Under the pieces are notes generated by a model. The model was not told the origin of the DNA. It ran no database searches and saw only the letters and a program-made list of their open reading frames with translations. Made by a program: the position numbers and the translations under genes. From a virus (taxonomy: Duplodnaviria; Caudoviricetes): 41,730 bases of DNA. Shown piece after piece: positions 1 through 8,642 of the stretch. Positions within the stretch are counted from its first letter, which is position 1, and each line of letters begins with the position of its first letter. Location: positions 1 through 41,730 of IMG/VR virus record IMGVR_UViG_3300025389_000038; one strand, 5' to 3'.

Positions 1-2
1 AT

Positions 3-359
3 GTTGTTTCCAAAAAAACAAAATCAAAAATGCGGGAATCCAGCCTTGGTGAAAAGAATCATTTTTTTGGCAAAATTCACTCCAAGGAATCAAAAGAAAA
101 AATTTCTGAAGCCAAGAAAGCAAATCCTTCTAAGCCGTGGGAAGGAAAGTTGCGAAGCGAAGAAACCAAGAAAAAGATTGCAAATTCACTTCGTGGTCGT
201 GTCGGATCAAAACACACAAATGAATCAAAGGCTAAGTTGTCTTTGGCTCACGCTGGTAAAAAGCAAGCACCGCCAAGCGAAGAAACTCGCAAGAAATTGT
301 CGGAATCAATTAAAGCGTCTTGGATTTTAAGACGTCAAAAAGTAAGAAAAGAGGTTTAA
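3..359 (+). CDS. NUMOD3-repeat protein, probably the C-terminal DNA-binding part of a homing endonuclease (5'-truncated by window edge)
   Basis: Frame is open from base 3; repeated motifs GEKNHFFGKIHSKESKEKIS, RSEETKKKIA, KHTNESKAKLS, SEETRKKLS; AT-rich. Confidence 0.75.
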   Translation, partial: VVSKKTKSKMRESSLGEKNHFFGKIHSKESKEKISEAKKANPSKPWEGKLRSEETKKKIANSLRGRVGSKHTNESKAKLSLAHAGKKQAPPSEETRKKLSESIKASWILRRQKVRKEV

Positions 360-360
360 T

Positions 361-1587
361 ATGTCGCAGAGCGGGTATACTCCAATTTTAATTTACGCAA
401 GCGGCACGGCGTCAAACGTCCCTTCCGCGGCAAACATGACCAGCGGCTCGTCTGGCGCTGAATTGGCGTTGAACTATGCCGATGGCAAGCTGTATTTCAA
501 GAACAGTTCGGGCACTGTGACTTTGTTGGCCTCTTCGGCAACGGTTGCGCCCGTGACGACTTTCTCGGGCGGCACGACAGGTCTGACGCCAAACACAGCC
601 ACTTCAGGCGCCGTGACCCTTGCTGGCACCCTTGCTTCGAGCAATGGTGGAACTGGCCTGACAACCTTCACTGCGGCAAACTATGCGCTGTACTCGACTT
701 CTTCTTCTGCCCTGACCGCAGGCACTTTGCCCGTGGCAGCAGGCGGCACGGGTTTGACCAGCGTCACAGCCAACTACATTCCCTACGGTAACGGCACAAG
801 CGCACTGAGCACAAACTCAGGGTTCACGTTCAACGGCACAACATTCGTTGCACCTGCGGCGTCTTTGAGCATCTCTGCGCTGACATCGTCAAACACCAGC
901 AACTTCCAAATTGGTGGCACGCTAAGTTTCAGCGACACGGGCATTGTGTCAAATGGCGTTGGTACGACCAACAGTTATTTGCAAGCCGTCTTGCAAAACA
1001 AGTCAAACGGCACTGCCGCTTCGACTGAGTTCATTGCTTACAACGACTCAGGAACGGCCACAACCAACTTTGCCACCGCGGGTATCAACTCATCGGGTTA
1101 CACTGGCACAGGCTCAATCAATGCCGCTGGGTATGCGTACTTCTTGTCTGGCAGCACCGACTTGGTGTTGGGCACAATCGGCTCAAACGCAATTCACCTT
1201 GTGATTGGCAGCTCTGCGACTGATGCGATGACCATCAACACGACAGGCATCACATCAATCCCAAGCACAACATACGCGCCAAACATCAACTTGACTGACG
1301 CTGCAACAATTGCTTGGGACACCTCAAAAGGTCAAGTGGCAACATTCACGTTTGTTTCAACCAACCGCACCATGGGTGCACCAACAAACTTGTCCAACGG
1401 TGCGTTCTATGCCCTTGCGGTGATCCAGAATGGCGGATCAAATACGCTATCATGGAACTCAGTGTTTAAGTGGGCAAACGGCACAGCACCAACTCTGTCA
1501 ACTGCCGCTGGAGCAAAAGATTACTTTGTGTTCAGAAGTGATGGCACAAACTTGTACCAACAAGGAATTTCACAGGCGGTGGCGTAA
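361..1587 (+). CDS. Tail fibre / fibre adaptor protein (408 aa)
   Basis: N-terminal GAELALNYADGKLYFKN motif, G/T/S-rich GGTG repeats, C-terminal KWANGTAPTLST..DYFVFRSDGTNLY domain; TAATG overlap with next gene. Confidence 0.75.
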   Translation: MSQSGYTPILIYASGTASNVPSAANMTSGSSGAELALNYADGKLYFKNSSGTVTLLASSATVAPVTTFSGGTTGLTPNTATSGAVTLAGTLASSNGGTGLTTFTAANYALYSTSSSALTAGTLPVAAGGTGLTSVTANYIPYGNGTSALSTNSGFTFNGTTFVAPAASLSISALTSSNTSNFQIGGTLSFSDTGIVSNGVGTTNSYLQAVLQNKSNGTAASTEFIAYNDSGTATTNFATAGINSSGYTGTGSINAAGYAYFLSGSTDLVLGTIGSNAIHLVIGSSATDAMTINTTGITSIPSTTYAPNINLTDAATIAWDTSKGQVATFTFVSTNRTMGAPTNLSNGAFYALAVIQNGGSNTLSWNSVFKWANGTAPTLSTAAGAKDYFVFRSDGTNLYQQGISQAVA

Positions 1588-3923
1588 TGACGTTTCCAGT
1601 TTTATCTGCAAGCAACCCAAGTGGCTACAACCTCAACCGCAGCTTGCGGTTTCGTTCGTCTGCGTCTGCTTATTTAAATAGAACTTTTGGCACTGCAACA
1701 TCTCAATCAATTTTTACTTTTTCTGCTTGGGTAAAACGAGGAAAACTTGGTGCTACGCAAACTTTATTTGGTTGCAGCACCTCTCAGTTTGATGGGATTT
1801 TATTTAATACATCAGACCAATTAGTTGTTTACAGCAATGGCGGTGTTGGTTTAACAACTTCTGCCGTTTATCGTGACCCATCTGCTTGGTACCACCTTGT
1901 TTATTTGCATAATGGAACATCAAATACTATTTATATTAATGGTGTTAGTGTTGGAACGGGCACTTTTTCTGAAACAATTTTAAATACAGCCAACTCACAT
2001 ATTATTGGTCAAAACAGTAGTTCAAATTATTTTGACGGTTATCTCACCGAAATTAATTTTATCGACGGTCAAGCGCTGACACCATCATCGTTTGGCTCAT
2101 TCAACTCAATAACAGGTGTGTGGCAACCTACCAAGTACGCAAGTACTTATGGGACTAACGGGTTCTATCTGAACTTCAACAACAATGCGTCCACCACAAC
2201 GCTTGGCTACGATACTTCTGGCAACAGCAACAACTGGACAACCAACAACATCTCTCTGACTGCTGGTGCAACATACGACAGCATGACAGATGTGCCAACG
2301 CTGACGAGTGCGACTGTTGCTAATTATTGTGTGTTGAATCCGTTAAATCACCTTGGAACAATTACGCCTTCCAACGGAAACTTGACTGTTATTGGGGCTG
2401 CTGACAACGCTCAAGTAAGTGGCACTATTGGTATGGATACGGGTAAATGGTACTACGAACACACCATCACCGCCATTGGTGGAGAGCAATCGGTTGGAAT
2501 TGGAGGTTCTCTTGCTCCATATTATGTTGGAGGAGGGTCAACCCAATACGGTTACTATGCATTCAACGGAAATAAATATAACAATTTAACAAACACAGCA
2601 TACGGGGCAACATTCACAACTGGCGACGTTATCGGTGTTGCTTATGATGCTGGCGCAGGGTCGTTGACGTTTTATAAAAACGGCGTGTCTCAAGGTGTTG
2701 CTTTTACGGGCATCACGGGAACAATGTACCCTCTTGTTGCAAGTAGAGCGACAGGTGGAACAAACCAAAGTAACCTTAACTTTGGTCAACAGCCGTTTGT
2801 TTACACCCCACCCACAGGTTTCGTGGCGCTGAACACATACAACTTGCCAACGCCAACAATCAGCAATGGTGCTAACTACTTTGCTGCTACGACCTATACG
2901 GGTAACAATACTTCGCCAACATCAATTACTAACGGAGGAAACAACACAATTGGAAAAACTTTTTATCCAGATTTAGTTTGGATTAAAGATAGAACAAGTG
3001 CATACAACCATGTGTTGCAAGACTCTGTTCGTGGTACAGGGGCATCTAAAAAATTAGCTTCGAATTTAACAGTAGCAGAAGGTGATGCAAGTACATTAGC
3101 GCCATATGGCGATGTTTCTGCATTTAATTCAAATGGATTTTCTTTAGAAGCAGGTTCAACTGATTCAAGACAAACTAACGCTAGTGGCGACGCTTATGTT
3201 GCTTGGCAATGGCAAGCAGGCGCTGGCTCATCATCATCCAACACCAACGGCTCTATCACATCTACTGTAAGTGTTAATGCTACGGCTGGATTTAGCATCG
3301 TCACCTACACAGGCACAGGCTCTAACGCTACCGTGGGTCATGGATTGGGTGTCCAACCTAAAATGGTCATCATTAAACAAAGAAATGCTGTAACAAATTG
3401 GGCGGTAAATCACTCTGGCATTTGGTCTACTGGTCAAGGCGTGATGTATTTAAATTTGACCAATGCAAGCGCTAATGATGCAACTTTCTGGAACTCTACA
3501 AACCCAACATCTTCTGTAATTTACTTAGGAACAAATGCTTCTGTAAACGGAAGCACTGGAACTTTTGTCGCTTACTGCTGGTCAGAAGTAGCAGGCTTCA
3601 GCAAGGCGTTTTCATATACAGGGAACGGAAGCACAGACGGAAGTTTTGTTTATTTAGGATTTCGTCCAAGAATGGTGTTGATTAAACGAACAGACTCAAC
3701 AGGAAACTGGTATATCTGGGATACATCAAGAAACACATACAACGTAGTTGGCGAAGAACTTTATCCAAACTTGTCAAACGCTGGATCAACAAATACAGAC
3801 CTTGATTTGTTGTCAAACGGTTTCAAGATGAGAAGCACGGCGGCAGATTTCAATGCAAATGGCGGCAGCTATATTGGATTTGCTTGGGCAGAGAACCCTT
3901 TTAAACAATCTTTAGCGAGGTAA
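1587..3923 (+). CDS. Receptor-binding tail protein with concanavalin A-like lectin (LamG) and SPRY-like domains, copy 1 (778 aa)
   Basis: TFSAWVKRG, RDPSAWYHLV, YINGV, GKWYYE, GDVIGVAYD..FYKNGVSQG, PDLVWIKDR and AGFSIVTYTG motifs typical of phage lectin tail proteins. Confidence 0.8.
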   Translation: MTFPVLSASNPSGYNLNRSLRFRSSASAYLNRTFGTATSQSIFTFSAWVKRGKLGATQTLFGCSTSQFDGILFNTSDQLVVYSNGGVGLTTSAVYRDPSAWYHLVYLHNGTSNTIYINGVSVGTGTFSETILNTANSHIIGQNSSSNYFDGYLTEINFIDGQALTPSSFGSFNSITGVWQPTKYASTYGTNGFYLNFNNNASTTTLGYDTSGNSNNWTTNNISLTAGATYDSMTDVPTLTSATVANYCVLNPLNHLGTITPSNGNLTVIGAADNAQVSGTIGMDTGKWYYEHTITAIGGEQSVGIGGSLAPYYVGGGSTQYGYYAFNGNKYNNLTNTAYGATFTTGDVIGVAYDAGAGSLTFYKNGVSQGVAFTGITGTMYPLVASRATGGTNQSNLNFGQQPFVYTPPTGFVALNTYNLPTPTISNGANYFAATTYTGNNTSPTSITNGGNNTIGKTFYPDLVWIKDRTSAYNHVLQDSVRGTGASKKLASNLTVAEGDASTLAPYGDVSAFNSNGFSLEAGSTDSRQTNASGDAYVAWQWQAGAGSSSSNTNGSITSTVSVNATAGFSIVTYTGTGSNATVGHGLGVQPKMVIIKQRNAVTNWAVNHSGIWSTGQGVMYLNLTNASANDATFWNSTNPTSSVIYLGTNASVNGSTGTFVAYCWSEVAGFSKAFSYTGNGSTDGSFVYLGFRPRMVLIKRTDSTGNWYIWDTSRNTYNVVGEELYPNLSNAGSTNTDLDLLSNGFKMRSTAADFNANGGSYIGFAWAENPFKQSLAR

Positions 3924-3926
3924 CTC

Positions 3927-4364
3927 ATGTTTTTACTAAACGGACAACCACTCCAGATTGATGTGCCTTTCATGCACGACGGCACGGCTTATCCTGCCAA
4001 CTGGTTACGGCTGACTTCTCTCGCTGAGAAAGAAGCCATCGGCATCACAGAAGTTGCAGACGAAACAATTGCGTATGACGATAGGTTTTACTGGGGTCAC
4101 GACAATCCCAAAGACTTGGCAACTCTCAAAACCACATGGACTGCTCAAGTCAAAGATACCGCCAACAAGTTGCTGGCTGAAAGCGATTGGATGGTCATTC
4201 GTAAAGTTGAACGCAACGTGGACATTCCTGCCGCAACCGTGACGTTTCGTGCTGCTGTCGTGACGGAAGTGGAACGATTAAAGACTGCGATTGCCGGCGC
4301 AACAGATGTGACTGCGTTTATTGCGGTTGTGACTGCTCAGAATTGGCCTGTAACAGGGGTGTGA
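3927..4364 (+). CDS. Tail fibre assembly chaperone-like protein
   Basis: Follows the lectin gene; YPANWLRL, DDRFYW, LLAESDWMVIR motifs. Confidence 0.6.
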   Translation: MFLLNGQPLQIDVPFMHDGTAYPANWLRLTSLAEKEAIGITEVADETIAYDDRFYWGHDNPKDLATLKTTWTAQVKDTANKLLAESDWMVIRKVERNVDIPAATVTFRAAVVTEVERLKTAIAGATDVTAFIAVVTAQNWPVTGV

Positions 4365-4365
4365 C

Positions 4366-5145
4366 ATTGACCCTTTTAGCCTTCTCCTCTTGGCGCAAAG
4401 TGCTGTTAGCGCCATCCGATCTGGTTGCGAAATGCTCCAGCAGGGCAAGGCTGTCATTGACGAATTTAAAGGCGAGACTGAAGGACTTGTCAATCAAGTC
4501 AAAGAAACCGTCGAAACTGTCACAGGACTCTGGGAGTGGGCAAAAGGGTTATGGGAGAGCCTCACAGGACAACCCAAGAAACCCGCCCCTGCTGTTGTTG
4601 ATGCTGCCGCTCCAGTTGCACCTGTTGCTCAAACCAAAAAGACCAAAAAACAACCTCAACCAGAACTCACCTACGAAGAATACAAAGCCAAATCAATTCA
4701 CGATGTTTGTGAACAACTTAAAGTCTTTTTTGAAGCCCAGAGGCAATTGAAACAACATTGTCGTGAATTAGAAGAACAATCACTCACGACAGAAAAGATT
4801 GCCGATAGTGCAATCGACAGAATCGAGATTGAGACACAGTTGATCTCTTTGTCTACGCAGATCAGGGAAGCAATGTCATGGACACCAGAATCCCTTGGCC
4901 TGCAAGACATGTACAAGCGGTTTTTGCAAATGTACGATTTGATTTTGGAGGAGCAAGAATTTGATCGTCAAATGAAATTGAGAAAAGCCAGAATTGAGGA
5001 AGCAAAAAAATGGCAACTCAGAAACAGCCGAATAGACAGACTTCTGTCAATCTTAGGGGTAACCCTAATGACAATTTGGATTTGGGGGCTTCTGTTCGGG
5101 CTGATTTGGCAGCAAAAGATGCAAACAGATTTTTGGTTGGATTGA
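4366..5145 (+). CDS. Coiled-coil protein with C-terminal transmembrane helix; probable start is ATT at 4366 (ORF track uses TTG at 4390)
   Basis: Frame opens after TAA at 4351; AGGGGT Shine-Dalgarno-like element 5 nt before ATT-GAC-CCT-TTT-AGC; hydrophobic C-terminus LLSILGVTLMTIWIWGLLFGLIW. Confidence 0.7.
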   Translation: MDPFSLLLLAQSAVSAIRSGCEMLQQGKAVIDEFKGETEGLVNQVKETVETVTGLWEWAKGLWESLTGQPKKPAPAVVDAAAPVAPVAQTKKTKKQPQPELTYEEYKAKSIHDVCEQLKVFFEAQRQLKQHCRELEEQSLTTEKIADSAIDRIEIETQLISLSTQIREAMSWTPESLGLQDMYKRFLQMYDLILEEQEFDRQMKLRKARIEEAKKWQLRNSRIDRLLSILGVTLMTIWIWGLLFGLIWQQKMQTDFWLD

Positions 5146-5288
5146 TCGTAATGGCGCTGGTTTTTGCGCTCTTGCTACCTCTGACGGTTCTCATGTATGT
5201 TGACATTTTGACTGTACGTGCAACCATACGAGCAGAGGCAAAAGAGTTGAGAAAATTGAAGCAAGAACTTAAAAAGGACAAAGAATGA
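5010..5288 (+). CDS. Single-pass membrane protein in the lysis region
   Basis: GAGGA upstream; TM segment FLVGLIVMALVFALLLPLTVLMYV; basic C-terminal tail; ATGA overlap with Rz. Confidence 0.6.
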   Translation: MATQKQPNRQTSVNLRGNPNDNLDLGASVRADLAAKDANRFLVGLIVMALVFALLLPLTVLMYVDILTVRATIRAEAKELRKLKQELKKDKE

Positions 5289-5719
5289 ATCCGTGGTTTT
5301 TAGCCGGCGCGATGGCAATGGTCATCAGTTCGTACTTTTACGGGCATCACGAGGCTTACGTAGAGCAAGTTGCCGAGGTGCAGCGTTTACAACTCATTGA
5401 ACAGCAAAAAGAAACCGAAATGCAACAGGCTGCACAGTCGCAGGCTGAACAACTCAGAAAGGCAAATCAAGATGCTCAGGCTCAAATTACTCATCTCCGC
5501 AGCGACATTGCTTCTGGCGAGTTGCGGCTTTCAATCGCCACCCGCAGCGTACAAAGCAGCGAAAATGCCGGAACTGCCCCCGGAAATTCAGAAACAAGAG
5601 CCGAACTTGACCCAGAGGCTGCTCAATCTCTTGTCACCATCGCGGGGGACGGCGACAATGCCATCAGAAAACTTAACGCCTGTGTCGATTTATACAACCA
5701 AGTGAGGAGTAAGCAATGA
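5285..5719 (+). CDS. Rz: Inner-membrane spanin (Rz-like)
   Basis: N-terminal TM, coiled coil, LRSDIASGELRLSI and GDNAIRKLNAC motifs; contains an embedded lipoprotein gene. Confidence 0.85.
   Translation: MNPWFLAGAMAMVISSYFYGHHEAYVEQVAEVQRLQLIEQQKETEMQQAAQSQAEQLRKANQDAQAQITHLRSDIASGELRLSIATRSVQSSENAGTAPGNSETRAELDPEAAQSLVTIAGDGDNAIRKLNACVDLYNQVRSKQ
5472..5705 (+). CDS. Rz1: Outer-membrane spanin lipoprotein (Rz1-like), embedded in the +1 frame of Rz
   Basis: MLRLKLLISAATLLLASC signal peptide with lipobox LASC, followed by a Pro-rich mature part. Confidence 0.8.
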   Translation: MLRLKLLISAATLLLASCGFQSPPAAYKAAKMPELPPEIQKQEPNLTQRLLNLLSPSRGTATMPSENLTPVSIYTTK

Positions 5720-5943
5720 AGATCAACCTGAAAGCAATCGTTACCCTGATTGCTACTTTCTCCCTTATGGGAGTCATCATCAGCATGATTTGGATGTTTG
5801 TCCAAGCCGTGCTTGACCCCACCGTGGACGATAAAGTGGTGTTCGACATTGTTGGACCTGCCTTCCAATCCATCTGCGGTGGATTCCTTGGCCTGATTAC
5901 AGGTATTCATATTGGAGAAAAGAAAAATGACGATGCTGAGTGA
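5716..5943 (+). CDS. Putative holin (2 TM, 75 aa)
   Basis: Two hydrophobic helices and a charged C-terminus; lies between spanin and endolysin; GAGGAG SD. Confidence 0.6.
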   Translation: MKINLKAIVTLIATFSLMGVIISMIWMFVQAVLDPTVDDKVVFDIVGPAFQSICGGFLGLITGIHIGEKKNDDAE

Positions 5944-6385
5944 ACACTTCTCGTTGGATGAGGCTACCTATAGCGAAACCGCTGTGCGTATGCACATTGA
6001 CAACCAACCTAGCACCCTTCAACTTGAAAACATGAAGGTCGCTGCATCTCACCTTGAGGCCGTCCGTGCCGTCACCGGTGCTTTGCGCGTCAACTCATGG
6101 CTGCGACTGCCTGCGGTCAACGAGGCCGTGGGTGGCAGCAAAATCAGTTCTCACATGGATGGCTGGGCTATTGATTGCTCATCCAATGCTCACACGCCCT
6201 ACGAACTTTGCCAACTGGTCAAGAACGCAGGCATCAAGTTTGACCAAATGATTCACGAATATGGTCGCTGGATGCACATCTCGTTTGCGCCTGAAATGCG
6301 TAATCAAGAATTGACCATCTTCAAGCCAGAGGGCAAATACAAGCCCGGTATCTTGACAGAAGCCGAGTATCACGCCCATGCCTAG
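5927..6385 (+). CDS. Endolysin, peptidase M15A family
   Basis: LSEHFSLDE, VNSWLR..VNEAVGGSKISSHMDGWAID, FDQMIHE..WMHIS zinc-peptidase motifs; GGAG SD before 5927. Confidence 0.9.
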   Translation: MTMLSEHFSLDEATYSETAVRMHIDNQPSTLQLENMKVAASHLEAVRAVTGALRVNSWLRLPAVNEAVGGSKISSHMDGWAIDCSSNAHTPYELCQLVKNAGIKFDQMIHEYGRWMHISFAPEMRNQELTIFKPEGKYKPGILTEAEYHAHA

Positions 6386-6608
6386 AAAGAAACGCCCTAA
6401 CCTTTCTGTTGGTCGAGGAGAAAAACAGTCCGTTAGGGCGGGGGGTGGGCTTACCGCAAAAGGCCGCAAGAAGTACAACCGTGCAACTGGCAGCAATTTG
6501 AAAGCCCCCCAAAAATCTGGACCACGACACAAATCGTTTTGCGCCAGAAGCAAGAGTTGGACAGGGGAGAGGGGCAAGGCAGCACGTAAACGCTGGGGGT
6601 GCAGATAA
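6378..6608 (+). CDS. Small basic phage protein (DUF6321-like)
   Basis: GGLTAKGRKKYN..NLKAP..KSFCARS..RWGC motif; very K/R-rich. Confidence 0.7.
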   Translation: MPRKKRPNLSVGRGEKQSVRAGGGLTAKGRKKYNRATGSNLKAPQKSGPRHKSFCARSKSWTGERGKAARKRWGCR

Positions 6609-8641
6609 TGGCTGGTGTACAAGAGCAAAAGAAGGACTACAAAGTCGCCAAAGACTTTGATGGCGTAAACACGAAAGCCAACCGCACCTCGATCAAAGAG
6701 ACCGAGTTTTCGTGGCTAGAAAATGTCATGCCCATCGGTCACGGCAACATGCGTACTGTGCCTGCGCCCACCGCCGTGGGTACGATCACGTTTGGCGCAA
6801 CTGTCGTGTACGCTGTGTACGGCAACCTTGGCACATCCAATTACTACATTGCTTTCTTGTCAGACGGCAGCGCCACCGCTGTCAACACCGGTACAAATGC
6901 CACAACAACCGTGGCCTCTGCCGGCACGTTTTCTACGTCTGGTGTCCAAGCCTGCCAATGGAACAACACCCAGATTTGTATCATTGACCCGACCAACGGA
7001 TATTTCCAATGGAACGGCACAACGCTCATCAAGATTGGCTCGTTGTCGTTTAGCCTTGGCCTTGTCAACTACCCAACACAAACGTCACTCACTTTGTCTG
7101 GTGTTGCCATCACCGGTACTGCCGGTCAATTTTCTTGCACCGCCGTCACCGCTGGTACTTTGATTACCGGCATGGCAGTCACCATCACGGGCGTATTTAG
7201 CGGCACAGGCTCAATCAGCGGGTACAGCAACCCCACCTCGTACTACATCATTGCAACCAACGGAACAAGCACTTTTACGTTGTCTGCAACGCTTGGCGGT
7301 ACTGCCATCACAACCACAGCCGGTACGCCCACCGGATTGACTTACACCTTGACAGGCGCTGGCTACGCTGGCTCTGTGACAGCAACAGTCGCCGCGCCAG
7401 CTACAGGCGGCACAACCGCTGTAATTTCGGTGGCAACCAACGGATACGTCATCACGAGTGTGAGCGCTTACGGCACAGGTTTGACCACAGGTAGCAACTA
7501 CCTCACAACTCCAGCCGTGACAATTACAGGTTCAGGGGTAGGGCAAACCATTACCGCCACGGTCATCAGTCAGCCCGGCACAGCTATTGCTTCGTTCTCA
7601 GGCAGGATTTGGGTTGCCAACGGCAGGACGCTGTACTACACCGCAGCCGGCACAAACAACGATTTTTACAGCCCTTCTGCTGGCAACATTGTGTTCAACG
7701 ACGAGACTTTGATTGGCAACATCACTCAGTTAGTGAGCGCTAACAACTTCTTGTATGTGTTTGGCGTGGACAGTATCACGGTCATCTCAGACGTTCGCAT
7801 TAACAGCACCACCGGCACAACGCTGTACACCAACACCAACATCAGCGCCAGCGTGGGTTCTGACCAGCCTTACGCTGTAATGCCGTACTTCCGCTCCATT
7901 GTGTTTATGAATCGCTACGGCATGTACGCCTTGGTGGGTTCAACCACATCCAAGATCAGCGATGCGCTGGACGGATTGTTTCCTTACATCGACTTTACAA
8001 AGCCTGTGAGCGCAGGCCAAGTCTTGATTTATAACATTTTGTGCGCGTGTTTCTCGTTTTATTACACCGGAACATCTGGTACGCAGGGTGCACCTCAGTA
8101 CATCCAAGCCGTGTTCTTTGACAAAAAATGGTTTTTTACGTACCAAGGCGCGGTCAAGTATGTTGTGTCAATCCCTGTCAACGGTCAAGCCACGCTGTAC
8201 TCAACCACCGGCACAGACTTGCAAGTCATGTACCAAAGTTCGTCGGCTTCAATTGCAACCAAGACGCAAAGCGCTTTGTACAGCATGGGCAACGTCATTC
8301 GTGACAAGCAAGCCTTGAAGTGGGGTGTCGAGGCGATCTTGCAGGCCAACACCGGCAACAATTTGACCGTGGTGACAGACAGCGAATCAGCGTCTTCACC
8401 ATCAACCACCGTCAACAACTTTACTTTGGTGTCGTGGATAAACAACAGCGCAATAACTGTGCCGTGGGTCAACAACAGCATTGCAACCGTGACATGGGGC
8501 AACCCGATCATTGGGTACAACTTGTATCGCTATGACGCTGAGATGTGGGGCAAGTACATTGGCCTGACAATCACCAGCAACAACCCAAATTACATCATCT
8601 CAGGGATGCAATTTGAGGCAGCACAGAGAGCGAAGTTCTAA
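6608..8641 (+). CDS. Tail nozzle / tail tubular protein B-like (packaged DNA stabilisation) with a T/G-rich insertion
   Basis: ~677 aa, beta-propeller-like repeats (FSGRIWVANGRTLYY, ANNFLYVFG, KISDALDGLF); lies before the putative internal virion genes. Confidence 0.65.
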   Translation: MAGVQEQKKDYKVAKDFDGVNTKANRTSIKETEFSWLENVMPIGHGNMRTVPAPTAVGTITFGATVVYAVYGNLGTSNYYIAFLSDGSATAVNTGTNATTTVASAGTFSTSGVQACQWNNTQICIIDPTNGYFQWNGTTLIKIGSLSFSLGLVNYPTQTSLTLSGVAITGTAGQFSCTAVTAGTLITGMAVTITGVFSGTGSISGYSNPTSYYIIATNGTSTFTLSATLGGTAITTTAGTPTGLTYTLTGAGYAGSVTATVAAPATGGTTAVISVATNGYVITSVSAYGTGLTTGSNYLTTPAVTITGSGVGQTITATVISQPGTAIASFSGRIWVANGRTLYYTAAGTNNDFYSPSAGNIVFNDETLIGNITQLVSANNFLYVFGVDSITVISDVRINSTTGTTLYTNTNISASVGSDQPYAVMPYFRSIVFMNRYGMYALVGSTTSKISDALDGLFPYIDFTKPVSAGQVLIYNILCACFSFYYTGTSGTQGAPQYIQAVFFDKKWFFTYQGAVKYVVSIPVNGQATLYSTTGTDLQVMYQSSSASIATKTQSALYSMGNVIRDKQALKWGVEAILQANTGNNLTVVTDSESASSPSTTVNNFTLVSWINNSAITVPWVNNSIATVTWGNPIIGYNLYRYDAEMWGKYIGLTITSNNPNYIISGMQFEAAQRAKF

Positions 8642-8642
8642 T

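Larger units (their letters stand above)
1653..6670. repeat. Long direct repeat, copy 1 (~5.0 kb)
   Basis: Matches 36713-41730 at offset 35,060; ORF translations are identical; partial identity extends back to 1621. Confidence 0.95.

Noticed and set aside
1-330. 109-aa frame-1 ORF
   Set aside because: Shadow of the NUMOD3 ORF in frame 3, which carries the recognisable motifs.
1587-3923. Diversity-generating retroelement acting on the lectin gene
   Set aside because: No reverse transcriptase, and no template/variable repeat pair with adenine-specific differences seen.
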